From: a virus
Direction: 5' to 3' (one strand)
Virus record (IMG/VR): IMGVR_UViG_3300046694_000291
Coordinates: 1-64,000 of that record
DNA: 64,000 nt
Shown: in pieces, positions 7,628 through 16,460 of the stretch
Position numbering within the stretch: position 1 is the stretch's first letter
Layout: the number at the start of each line of letters is the position of its first letter
Made by a program: the position numbers and the translations under genes
Notes under the pieces: model-generated
Databases searched by the model: none
What the model was told of the DNA's origin: nothing
The model's input: the letters and a program-made list of their open reading frames with translations, nothing else

Positions 7628-8509
7628 TCAGGCGTAGATCTTGACGTACCTGTGGCCCGAGGCGAACGCCTCAGCCAGCGTGTCCTGGACGCTCTCCGGG
7701 GCCTCCAGGGCCGCCGGGGTGTCCGGGTGGGTGTCGTAGAGGTGCCAGGACGCCGACTCCTCCACGGCCCGGCGAGGGGCCGGGAGCGCCACGACCCGGA
7801 GCAGCTCGCACTCCGCGTCCCGGACCGACCCGCTCGGGGTCAGGTGGGCGAACTCCGCGTCCAGCTCGATCACGACGCTCCAGCCCGAGGCGCTGAAGGC
7901 CCGGCTGCCCGGGACGACCGTGCCGCTGTAGGCCTTGCAGACGTTGTGGACGCGGCCGGTCATGCCCTCCTCGGCCTGGAACGCGGCGGCGAGCGCGGCC
8001 TTGGTCGGCCGGACGGGGGCGGTCGCGCGGTGCAGGGTCGCGTGGGAGATCCGGTCGGCCCGGAAGCTGCGGGTGTCGTCGGCCTTGCGGTCGAACGCCC
8101 GGACCACGACCTTCCCGGCCTTGGTCAGGCGGACCGAGGTGACCTCTACCTCGCGGAGGCTCACGTCACCCTCGGGCTTCACGTACCGGAGCTTCATGGT
8201 CCGGCCGGTGCGGGCGGCGGTGTGGTAGCGGGCGATGTCCGCCTCCTCGATCACGAACACCGAGGCGAGCTGGCCGTCGTTCAGCAGCGCGACCACGTAC
8301 AGTCCGGCCTCGCGGTACTCGAACACCTGCGGGTAGCCGAACTCCAGGACGTACTCGGTGCGGCGGGCGGCGGCCTCGTGCTGGTCGGCGTAGGCGTCGA
8401 TGACCCAGATGCTCTCCCGGACCTCGTCCTGCGTCCACTCGTGGGACGCGGCCTGGTCGTTCGCGAAGTTCACGGTGGTGATGATCTGGCGTCCGGTGTT
8501 CTCTCGCAT
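7628..8509 (-). CDS. WYL-domain protein
   Basis: MKLRYVKPEGDVSLREVE...RAFDRKADDTRSFRADRI WYL signature. Confidence 0.8.
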   Translation of the reverse strand: MRENTGRQIITTVNFANDQAASHEWTQDEVRESIWVIDAYADQHEAAARRTEYVLEFGYPQVFEYREAGLYVVALLNDGQLASVFVIEEADIARYHTAARTGRTMKLRYVKPEGDVSLREVEVTSVRLTKAGKVVVRAFDRKADDTRSFRADRISHATLHRATAPVRPTKAALAAAFQAEEGMTGRVHNVCKAYSGTVVPGSRAFSASGWSVVIELDAEFAHLTPSGSVRDAECELLRVVALPAPRRAVEESASWHLYDTHPDTPAALEAPESVQDTLAEAFASGHRYVKIYA

Positions 8510-8623
8510 GATCGGCTCCTGCTGGTCTGGTGGTCTGTGTTCGCCTTACGAGGTACAACCTACGCTGAGCAGGGCCGATCTAAACACCCCTTGGACAAGG
8601 GAGTTGAGACCGGCCCCTAATTG

Positions 8624-9553
8624 TTACAATTCCAGCGCCCGCCGGATCCCCTCCTCCAGGGTCACGGTCGGTGCGTAGATCGTCAGCATCCGGTCCGGGT
8701 CACCGACCCGGTACGCCACACCCTGCGGCATCTCTGGCATGAAGAGGACGCCCGGCAGGCCCCCGAGGTAGGTCCGGGGACGGAGCAGGACGGTCTCCCG
8801 GATCATCATCCGGACCAGGGTGCTGAACGGGGTCGGCTCACCGGTGCAGAGGTTCACCGGCGCCGCCGTCCCGTCCTCCGCGACCGCGAGCGTCCCGGCG
8901 ACGATGTCGTCCACGTGGATCCAGTCCCGGACACAGTCCCCGCACCAGACCGTGACCGGGTCCTCCCCGGCCTTGACCCGGTCGAGGATGGCCCGGAAGG
9001 GGTAGCTGGAGTCCTGGTCCTCGCCGTATCCGGAGAACGGCCGGACCACAGTGACCGGCACACCGGTCTTCCGCAGCCGGTCGGCCAGCAGCTCGCCGGT
9101 GACCTTGCTCCAGCCGTAGACCTCGTCCGGCTGACGGATCACATGGGGCAGGTCGATGTGATCTTCCATCAGACCTGTCGGTAGCCACCCGGGCCCCTGC
9201 TGAAGGTTGACCGGGTACGCGGCCGAGCTGCTGAAGTAGATCACCCGGCCCGGCCGCGCGACCGCCGCCCAGCGGAACATCTCCGCGTCGATGGACAGCG
9301 ACTCGGCCGTGGCCAGGGGGTCGTTCTCGATCGTCTCCCGGCCGCCGACCACGGCCGCGCAGTGGACCACGAGGTCGAAGTGCGGCCGGTAGGGGTTGCC
9401 GAGGTTGCGGATCTGGTGCCGGAAGTAGTCCCGGCAGTCCTGGGCGCTGGTCGCCTTGACGTCCAGGCCGAGGACGTCGTACCCCCGGCGCTTCAGCTCC
9501 GCCGAGAAGTGACGGCCGAGGAACCCCCGGTCGCCGGTGACGAGCGCCCTCAT
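8624..9553 (-). CDS. NAD-dependent nucleotide-sugar epimerase/dehydratase
   Basis: TGDRGFLG, HCAA, SSSAAY, YGWSK (YxxxK), VRPFSGYG, VRDWIHVDD. Confidence 0.92.
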   Translation of the reverse strand: MRALVTGDRGFLGRHFSAELKRRGYDVLGLDVKATSAQDCRDYFRHQIRNLGNPYRPHFDLVVHCAAVVGGRETIENDPLATAESLSIDAEMFRWAAVARPGRVIYFSSSAAYPVNLQQGPGWLPTGLMEDHIDLPHVIRQPDEVYGWSKVTGELLADRLRKTGVPVTVVRPFSGYGEDQDSSYPFRAILDRVKAGEDPVTVWCGDCVRDWIHVDDIVAGTLAVAEDGTAAPVNLCTGEPTPFSTLVRMMIRETVLLRPRTYLGGLPGVLFMPEMPQGVAYRVGDPDRMLTIYAPTVTLEEGIRRALEL

Positions 9554-9711
9554 CCCCGGACTCCCCGGAACTTGGGCTTCAGACCCTGGAGCACGCGTGC
9601 TGCGTCCTCCAGGCCCTGCCGGTAGCCCTGCTCCTCGTCGTCGGACCCGTCGGACTCGCCCAGCCGGGCCTTCAGCTTCTCGATCGTCTCCAGGTCCTCG
9701 TCGCTCACCAT
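9550..9711 (-). CDS. small hypothetical protein
   Basis: MVSDEDLE..., overlaps both neighbours. Confidence 0.5.
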   Translation of the reverse strand: MVSDEDLETIEKLKARLGESDGSDDEEQGYRQGLEDAARVLQGLKPKFRGVRG

Positions 9712-10301
9712 CGGTCGGTCCTCCCGCTCGTGTTGCCACCGTGCCAGTTCCAGACCCAGGTCCGGCGGTTCAGGTGCTCGATCTTCGCACCCTCCCCGAC
9801 CATGCGCTCCCAGGTCCCCCAGTCGTCGCAGGGGTTGTCCGGAGGTCCCTTCGGGGTGAAGCCGCCGACGTCCCACACCAGCTCGCTCCGCACCAGGACC
9901 GTGATCGGGATGTAGTTCTGGTACCGCAACGCCTCCTCGTTGAAGGGCTGGCCCTCGAACTGCGGGAACGGGTCCCAGCCCTGTGGGACGGTGAACCACG
10001 GGTACACCATGTCGGCCCCGGTCGCCTCCGCGTGCTCCATCAGCAGCCGGACGTGGTCGGTGTTCCACTGGTCGTCATCGTCGAGGAAGGCCATCCACTC
10101 CGTGTTGACGGCCGAGGCGGCGTGGGTGCGGTTGCGGGCCGACCCGGCGCGCTCGTGGTCGATGCGGATGCTGATCGCCTCGACCGGCCGCTCCTGCTGG
10201 AGGACCGAGTCGACGGCCCGGTGCAGGTGGGTCTGGACCCGGGGCGGGATGGCCGGGATGACCGCCGTGACCCCGGGCCGCAGGTGCCGCATACGGTTCA
10301 T
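9705..10301 (-). CDS. glycosyltransferase family 2
   Basis: AVDSVLQQ, ARNR, WMAFLDDDD, DDW motifs. Confidence 0.88.
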   Translation of the reverse strand: MNRMRHLRPGVTAVIPAIPPRVQTHLHRAVDSVLQQERPVEAISIRIDHERAGSARNRTHAASAVNTEWMAFLDDDDQWNTDHVRLLMEHAEATGADMVYPWFTVPQGWDPFPQFEGQPFNEEALRYQNYIPITVLVRSELVWDVGGFTPKGPPDNPCDDWGTWERMVGEGAKIEHLNRRTWVWNWHGGNTSGRTDRW

Positions 10302-10942
10302 CGATGGACCGCCATCCAGAGCTGGTAGGTGTACGGGTTGTGCATGTGCCGTGTCGACTCCGGCACCAGCAGGTGGACCTCCAGCGGGGACCAGCCGTTC
10401 AGCCAGAGCATCTCGTGGATGTCCACCTGCCCCCAGCCCCAGTAGTGCTCCTCGTTGCCGACCGAGGCGGGCTCGTCCAGCGGGGTGGACAGGAACAGGT
10501 ACCGGCTGATCCCGGCGAGCCTCCGCAGCAGGCCGTCCGGGTCGGTCACGTGCTCCAGGGTCTCGCTCAGCACGAACAGGTCGACCGGCAGCACCTCGGC
10601 CGGGAAGGACCCGAAGTCGTCCAGGCTCTCCGGCAGCGGGCCTGCCTTCATGACCCGGACGTGCTTCCGGAGGGGGTACTCTCCCCGGGCCCCGATCAGG
10701 TCGCCGACGTAGGCCTGCTCCAGAAGGTCGTCCAGGCCCTTGAGGATGGCCGCGTCTCCGCAGGACAGGTCGGCCGCCGTCTTGATGTTGTTGCCGTACC
10801 GGCGAATCAGCTCCACCGAGGCGGCCACACGCTCCACGTGGTCCGGCCAGACCTCGTGCCGGTACCCCCTCGGGTACCTGCGCTCGTAGAACGCGATCTC
10901 CTCGGCCTCGGTCCGGAACGGCCGGAGCTGGTTACGCGCCAT
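10298..10942 (-). CDS. class I SAM-dependent methyltransferase
   Basis: DLSCGDA motif I; SETLEHVTDP. Confidence 0.8.
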   Translation of the reverse strand: MARNQLRPFRTEAEEIAFYERRYPRGYRHEVWPDHVERVAASVELIRRYGNNIKTAADLSCGDAAILKGLDDLLEQAYVGDLIGARGEYPLRKHVRVMKAGPLPESLDDFGSFPAEVLPVDLFVLSETLEHVTDPDGLLRRLAGISRYLFLSTPLDEPASVGNEEHYWGWGQVDIHEMLWLNGWSPLEVHLLVPESTRHMHNPYTYQLWMAVHR

Positions 10943-11642
10943 CGCCGTACTCCTCCCGCACCAGCCGGAGGGCGGACTCGAAGCCGGTCCCGTCCCGGTA
11001 GGCGGTCCAGGCGTCCCGGTCGTGCCGGTCGGCCTCGGAGTCGTTGACCACCCGGTACCGCTCGTCCCACTCGGCCTTCCCGGCCACGGGGTGCAGATGC
11101 TCGATGATCACGTCGTCCCGGTAGACCAGGCCGCCGGTCCGCTCCCCCAGCTCCTTCCAGAAGTTGTCCAGGTAGAGGTGACGCATGACCTGCGGCGCCA
11201 TGCACCCGAGCGTCCGGATCATCCGGCTCTGCATGAAGACCGCCGTCGGCAGGTTGGCGCCCTGGAGCAGGTCGTTCCCGTAGACGATGCGGGGGCTGAG
11301 ACTGTCCAGCTCCCGGATCATCTCCGTGTCCCAGCCGTGCGTCCGGGGCAGGTGGTCGTCCCCCATGAAGCCCACATACTCGTACACCGAGGCACACCGG
11401 CGCGCAGCGAAGTTCAGCGGGTAGTTGAGCCCCCGGCCACCCCCCATGTCGGCGTAGACCAGCAGCCGGGGAATCAGGCCCGCACCCAACAGGCCCCGGT
11501 ACTCCGGCAGCTCGGGGTCATCCTGGTCGGCCACGAACAGCAGCGTGGTTCGCCCCAGGACGGTCTCTTCGAACGCCTCGGCCAGCCGGGCCGCGTTCTG
11601 CGGCCGTCCCCGGGTGGGGACGACCACGACAAGTTCGCTCAC
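10932..11642 (-). CDS. glycosyltransferase family 2
   Basis: VVVPTRGR, GFMGDDH, EHLHP. Confidence 0.82.
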   Translation of the reverse strand: MSELVVVVPTRGRPQNAARLAEAFEETVLGRTTLLFVADQDDPELPEYRGLLGAGLIPRLLVYADMGGGRGLNYPLNFAARRCASVYEYVGFMGDDHLPRTHGWDTEMIRELDSLSPRIVYGNDLLQGANLPTAVFMQSRMIRTLGCMAPQVMRHLYLDNFWKELGERTGGLVYRDDVIIEHLHPVAGKAEWDERYRVVNDSEADRHDRDAWTAYRDGTGFESALRLVREEYGDGA

Positions 11643-12046
11643 CGCTTCCTCCTCGGAGCAGCCCGCTCACGGGTCAGCTCCATGTTGATCTGGGATTCCC
11701 TGGTCGTCCTGATCAGGTGCGCGATCGCCGTCGCCGCGATGGCGATGCCGATCAGCCCGATCAGGAGTGCCGTCATCACGACGGCGAGGATCATGGCACA
11801 GATCGTGCCGATGATCAGAGCCCCGAGCGCCAGCCACATGTACGGCAGCGCCTGCTGCGCGAGCGTCGGCTTGGGCGGCGGAAGCGGCGGGGGCGGCGGC
11901 GCGTAGTGGTGGTGCTCGTGGAATTGGATCACCTGCGGTGCCCCCGGGCCTGACTCGGCTCCGGGGAGCGAGCTGGTCGGGTTCATCCGCAGGTACTCCA
12001 CGATGGCCGAGAGCCGGTCCGTGCTGTTCGTGTCTTCCGTGGTCAT
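11639..12046 (-). CDS. SpdD-like plasmid spread membrane protein
   Basis: His/Pro-rich linker then two TM helices, downstream of traB as in Streptomyces plasmids. Confidence 0.55.
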   Translation of the reverse strand: MTTEDTNSTDRLSAIVEYLRMNPTSSLPGAESGPGAPQVIQFHEHHHYAPPPPPLPPPKPTLAQQALPYMWLALGALIIGTICAMILAVVMTALLIGLIGIAIAATAIAHLIRTTRESQINMELTRERAAPRRKR

Positions 12047-12055
12047 GATCTCTCC

Positions 12056-12250
12056 TTACTTGATGCGGCGCCCGACCAGCAGCAGTGCTCCGCCGAGGAC
12101 TCCTCCGCACACGATGACGAACAGGGCCGCTCCGAGCGTCTGTGCGACGGTGAGCTTGCTGTCCGAGTCGGGGCCGACACCCGAGGCCACCATGAAGCCC
12201 GCGAGCAACAGCGCCGTCCACAGGACAGCCCTTCCGATCTTGCTGATCAT
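12056..12250 (-). CDS. small two-TM membrane protein (Spd-like)
   Basis: Two hydrophobic helices; AAGGAG RBS. Confidence 0.6.
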   Translation of the reverse strand: MISKIGRAVLWTALLLAGFMVASGVGPDSDSKLTVAQTLGAALFVIVCGGVLGGALLLVGRRIK

Positions 12251-12272
12251 CTCCTTCTCGCTTCCGTGAGGG

Positions 12273-12389
12273 GCCCTGACGCGTCAGGGCTGCGTGGCCA
12301 GAGAATGTCCCCAGGCCGGGACGGTCGTCAGGACCTTGATCAGACGTCTGATCAGCTCCTGACGGCCATCCTGATCAGGGGCTGATCAG
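12273..12389. repeat. candidate clt (cis-acting locus of transfer)
   Basis: Four TGATCA(G) copies at 12337-12389 plus palindrome GCCCTGACGCGTCAGGGC, immediately 3' of traB. Confidence 0.5.
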
Positions 12390-14377
12390 TCGCCTGACAC
12401 CTGCTGGGCGTCCGGGTACTGCCGGAGGATGGTGAAGATCTTTTTGCCCTTCGGGGGCCGGTACGCCCGCAGGACACCGGCCTCCACCAGCAGGTTGAGG
12501 TTGTTGTAGACCCAGCCGGGGGTCTTGCCGATCTCGGCCGGGAGGTCGGCCAGATCGTCGATCGTGATGTCCAGGTGGCCTCCCCTGGCCAGCACGTCCA
12601 GCCGGTTCATCAACCGGCGCCGGGCCTCCGCCACGTCCAGGCTGTTCTTGCTGGTGGGGGCTCCGAAATCGAAGCCGAGGCCCGGCGGGGGCGGTGTCAG
12701 GGGCTGTCCCGGGTCCGCTCCCGAGACCCCGGCGAACGGGTTCATCTCCTCTCCCTCCTCGTCGAACTCGTCTTCTTCCAGGTCAGCGTTCTCGTCCACC
12801 GGCATGAACCGGGGGTCGATGCCGTACGCCAGGCGCTCGTACGTGCCCGGGTCGATCTCGGCCCAGAACTGCCGGGAGCCCTCGATGCTGAACTGCTTCT
12901 CGGCCGGGGTCATGTAGATGGCCCGGCCGTCGACCGGCCAGTGGGTCTTGTCGGTGCCGACCACCTCGGCGTACAGGCTGCCCGGCGCGTCGCTCTTCCA
13001 CTTGGTCGGGTCGGCCCCGGCCTCCAGGCTCTCCCCCGAGAGGGCGTACTTGGCGTCCTGGTACTCGTTCTGGCCGTGCGCCAGGGACTCCACGAACTGC
13101 CCCCGGACCTTCCGGGGGATGTCGTCGTGCGGCATGGTCTGCATGCTGATGTTGAGCTTGACCCCGAGGCTGCGGAGCTTGCGGACCGCCTCGTAGACCT
13201 CCTCGTCCATCTCCATCAGCACGTCGGCCGCCTCCTCCACGTTCGCGAAGATGAACGGCACGCCGTGCAGCGTGTAGCACTCCGGTTCCCACTGCTTGTA
13301 ACCGGTGCCGCCGTCGGCCCTGACGAGAGAACCCAGCAGCTCGGAGCGGTACTGGACCACCGGCCCGGCCAGGTTCGTCAGGAGCTGACGGACCTGCTCA
13401 GCGTTCTGAGCCGTCAGCCCGAGCACCTCTTCGATGTCCCCGAAGGACTGCCGGAACTTGGCCGGGTCGCCGACCACCGGCACGATGTCCGTCCTCCAGC
13501 GCATGTCGAGGATCGCGGTGCAGATCGTCTCCGTCTTGCCCGAGCCGGTGACGCCGGTCGTCTTGCTGTGACCGACCGGCCGGGGGTTGTTGGGGTCGCT
13601 CGACCCGGGCATCCACCAGTTGATGTCCGAGCCGTCGGTCCGGCGGCCGAGGTACAGCGGAGCCGCCGCGCAGGACTGTCCCGGAGCCGAGGGGCCCCGG
13701 TACTTGACCGGCTTGGACGTGTCCGCCCGGCGGTTCATGACGACGTCGGCGACGCCCTCGTTCCCCGGGACACGAAGGATCTTCACCTGGTCCTTGTCCA
13801 CCCCCGCCACGGCCGCGACCTGGTCCCGTGTCCGCTGGGCGTCCCCGACCGTGTTGGGGGTGTCCAGGTGGTGACGGATGCGCAGCTCGTCCGGGGTGAC
13901 GGTGACGTCCCCCGGCGCGACCTTGGCGTTCTTGAACGCACCGATCTTGTCCCCGAGCCAGGACCCCGTGCTGTCCTTCGCCTTGTCCTTCTCGTGTCCT
14001 CCGGTGACACCGGCGTGCCGGATCATCCAGAAGCCGGACAGGGACACACCGCAGATGACATAGGCCTTGAGCATGTCCCCCGCCCACGGGACACCTGTCC
14101 CCGCGAACGCGATCCAGCTCAGGCCGAGGCCCACGGACAGCGTCGCGGTGACCCTCGTCTCGTGCTTCCGGCCCTGCCAAGTGCGCCAGGTGCCGTAGGT
14201 CATGCAGACGAAGATCCCGCCCAGGACCGCCATCCAGCGGCCGTCCCCACCCACTGTGAAGTGGATGGCCACGGCCACCGGAAAGGCAGCGAGCGTCAGC
14301 AGCCAGGGGGCCACGTACGGGGCTGCCTTCTCTCCGATGCGGAGCCCAAGAGAGCCCCGGCGGCCGTGACCAGCCAT
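12386..14377 (-). CDS. traB: TraB-type FtsK/SpoIIIE-like conjugative DNA translocase
   Basis: N-terminal TM helices, Walker A GVTGSGKT, Walker B-like NVEEAA, RSLG..L.ISMQ, C-terminal winged helix. Confidence 0.8.
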   Translation of the reverse strand: MAGHGRRGSLGLRIGEKAAPYVAPWLLTLAAFPVAVAIHFTVGGDGRWMAVLGGIFVCMTYGTWRTWQGRKHETRVTATLSVGLGLSWIAFAGTGVPWAGDMLKAYVICGVSLSGFWMIRHAGVTGGHEKDKAKDSTGSWLGDKIGAFKNAKVAPGDVTVTPDELRIRHHLDTPNTVGDAQRTRDQVAAVAGVDKDQVKILRVPGNEGVADVVMNRRADTSKPVKYRGPSAPGQSCAAAPLYLGRRTDGSDINWWMPGSSDPNNPRPVGHSKTTGVTGSGKTETICTAILDMRWRTDIVPVVGDPAKFRQSFGDIEEVLGLTAQNAEQVRQLLTNLAGPVVQYRSELLGSLVRADGGTGYKQWEPECYTLHGVPFIFANVEEAADVLMEMDEEVYEAVRKLRSLGVKLNISMQTMPHDDIPRKVRGQFVESLAHGQNEYQDAKYALSGESLEAGADPTKWKSDAPGSLYAEVVGTDKTHWPVDGRAIYMTPAEKQFSIEGSRQFWAEIDPGTYERLAYGIDPRFMPVDENADLEEDEFDEEGEEMNPFAGVSGADPGQPLTPPPPGLGFDFGAPTSKNSLDVAEARRRLMNRLDVLARGGHLDITIDDLADLPAEIGKTPGWVYNNLNLLVEAGVLRAYRPPKGKKIFTILRQYPDAQQVSGD

Positions 14378-14378
14378 C

Positions 14379-14888
14379 TCAGTGACCTCCGAAGGCGTCG
14401 AAACCGCCCTTACCGGACCGGTGCGGGCGCTTGACCTGCGAGGACTCCAGGCTGTCCAGGAAGTCCTCCATGATCGCCCACGTCTTGACGGCGCCGGTGG
14501 CGGAGCTGAGCAGGGCCTCGGCCGAGGCCGAGTTGAGCTGACGGCCCATCCGGCGCAGGACCAGCTTGAGCTGACCCTTCTGGACCAGCGTCAGCCGTCC
14601 GTCGTCGCTCCGGTCACGGGCCGCCTGACGGGCAGCGGCGTCGAGCTGGGAGGCCGCCGCGTGGCTGAAGAAGGCCAGGCCCTGGGACAGGGCGCGCAGG
14701 CTCTCCAGGAAGTCGTACAGCTCGGTGGGGTCCATCACCTCACCTGCGGCGATGGTCTCCAGGTGCTGCTCCATGGTCTTCCGGGTCGGCTGGGGTGCCC
14801 CGGTCGTCCGGGAGCCCGTGGCCGAAGTACCGGCGGGCCTGCGGGGGGACGCCTTAGCGCCGGTCCCCGTACTGGGTGCTGTGGTCAT
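14379..14888 (-). CDS. TraA-like accessory transfer protein
   Basis: Helical protein directly upstream of traB; assignment is positional. Confidence 0.45.
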   Translation of the reverse strand: MTTAPSTGTGAKASPRRPAGTSATGSRTTGAPQPTRKTMEQHLETIAAGEVMDPTELYDFLESLRALSQGLAFFSHAAASQLDAAARQAARDRSDDGRLTLVQKGQLKLVLRRMGRQLNSASAEALLSSATGAVKTWAIMEDFLDSLESSQVKRPHRSGKGGFDAFGGH

Positions 14889-14907
14889 CGTTCCTGGTTC
14901 CTCTCGA

Positions 14908-15762
14908 TCAGGGCCGAGGGTGCTTGCCCTCGGCCCGGCGGATTGCAACGGACAGGCTGTTCGCCTTGGGCGGTGTCCCGTCCGGGGACACGAACTCCGC
15001 CTTCAGCGTGTCCTTGATCTTGTCCTTGTCCCACCCGGACAGCCACAGTTCGACCGCCCGGGAGGACAGGGACACGGGGTTCTGTCCCGCCGGTTGTCCC
15101 GGGGACGCCGCTGTCTTCTGTCCCTTGGTGAGGGACAGGACATTGGACGCTGCCGGGACAACCGGACGGGACACCGGCGGGACACTCGCCGGTACCGGTG
15201 ACGGGACGGGACGGGGACGTATCCGTGTCACCGTCGCCACCGGAGTCTGGATGTCCTGTCCCGTGTCCCGCAGGACACGGACAGGACGGGTGCGCTCGGC
15301 CGCCCCGAGAGCGGCGAAGTGCAGGAGGTGTCCGAGGATCAGCGGGGGGACCGAGGACACCGACACGACCAGCCAGAGCGGCGGCCGGGGCTCGGCCGAG
15401 ATGTACCCGGTCACGAACAGGTGACTGACCGGCTGCGCGGCCATGGCCAGCAGCAGGCTCAGGAAGGCCCCCCAGACGGACGAGGTCTTGCCCCGGGCGC
15501 CCTTGGGGAGCTGGGTGCTGATGACGGCCGCCAGGCCCGCGTAGAGGGTGAAGAGGCCGCTCAGGCCCCAGCTCATGCGGTAGCCCCAGCCGCTCAGGTC
15601 ACCGAGGTGCTGCTCACCCGGGGCGCACAGCACCAGAACCAGGATCGCGGCCACCGGGACACCCCACTGGCGGAAGGCGGACACCCAGCCGGGGACGTCC
15701 TGCGGCTCGGGGGTGACGCTGTCCTCGCCGGACACCCGGCGGGACACGAACGGGATGTACAT
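14908..15762 (-). CDS. SpdB-like four-TM protein with C-terminal HTH-like domain
   Basis: Four TM segments, Pro-rich linker, C-terminal RAVELW...SLSVAIRR. Confidence 0.6.
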   Translation of the reverse strand: MYIPFVSRRVSGEDSVTPEPQDVPGWVSAFRQWGVPVAAILVLVLCAPGEQHLGDLSGWGYRMSWGLSGLFTLYAGLAAVISTQLPKGARGKTSSVWGAFLSLLLAMAAQPVSHLFVTGYISAEPRPPLWLVVSVSSVPPLILGHLLHFAALGAAERTRPVRVLRDTGQDIQTPVATVTRIRPRPVPSPVPASVPPVSRPVVPAASNVLSLTKGQKTAASPGQPAGQNPVSLSSRAVELWLSGWDKDKIKDTLKAEFVSPDGTPPKANSLSVAIRRAEGKHPRP

Positions 15763-15901
15763 GGTCCTGTCCTTCCGTGGTCCGATATTCCTAAATCGTG
15801 TAGGGAGGGTATGTCCCCGGGCCTGTCCCGTCAAACCCCCAGGACATGACGAAGGACCGGGGACATGTCCCCGGTCCTGTCACCTGCGGTGTCCTCGTCG
15901 G

Positions 15902-16219
15902 TCAGATGTCCCCGAGGACAGCGGCCCGAGCCGCTCGCCTGTCCTCCGTCACCCGGAACTGCTCCTCCTCGGACACGACCCGGGACATCTCCCCCAGGAT
16001 GAAGGACAGCAGCGCCCTGTCCTTCGGGGACATGTCCTGGATGATCTCCCGGGTCGCCTCGGTCTCGTCCCGCAGGAGCGCGACGAACGCGAGCACCATG
16101 TCCAGGTCCTCGGTCCGCTCCAGCCGGATGTTCTGTCCGCCGGTCCCGGACGCGGCCGGTGACTCGGCCGACTGGGGCTGGATCTGCCGGTTCACTTGCA
16201 GCATGCGGAAAATGCTCAT
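15902..16219 (-). CDS. hypothetical protein, first gene of the tra module
   Basis: 105 aa, upstream GACCAAGGAG. Confidence 0.6.
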   Translation of the reverse strand: MSIFRMLQVNRQIQPQSAESPAASGTGGQNIRLERTEDLDMVLAFVALLRDETEATREIIQDMSPKDRALLSFILGEMSRVVSEEEQFRVTEDRRAARAAVLGDI

Positions 16220-16249
16220 GATCAGTGCTCCTTGGTCGTGTGCTCGGGT

Positions 16250-16433
16250 GTATACCTACCCGGTTACCGTCCGTGTCATTTAGCTAAACCTACCTGTCCG
16301 TAGAGCTACGGATTGGCGAGGTTCCCTTCTGAGGAGCGAACCCGACCGGCCCCTCACACTCCCAGGGCCCAGGTTCCGTTCGCAGTCGCCCAGGTCAGGA
16401 AGTGGTTTTACTAAATCAGACATTGCGGGCGCC
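16250..16433. repeat. dispersed element, copy 2
   Basis: Near-identical to 5687-5870, same length and orientation. Confidence 0.9.
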
Positions 16434-16460
16434 GTATGCCTATACGGCGATCACGTATAT

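Larger units (their letters stand above)
13650..16150. repeat. GGACA/TGTCC motif cloud over tra/spd genes
   Basis: Dozens of copies in both orientations, densest at 14950-15360 and 15715-16140. Confidence 0.8.

Noticed and set aside
12320-12345. Third hammerhead (TCGTCAGGACC resembles the other two)
   Set aside because: No GAAAC or stem III partner nearby; it is part of the CTGAC repeat cluster
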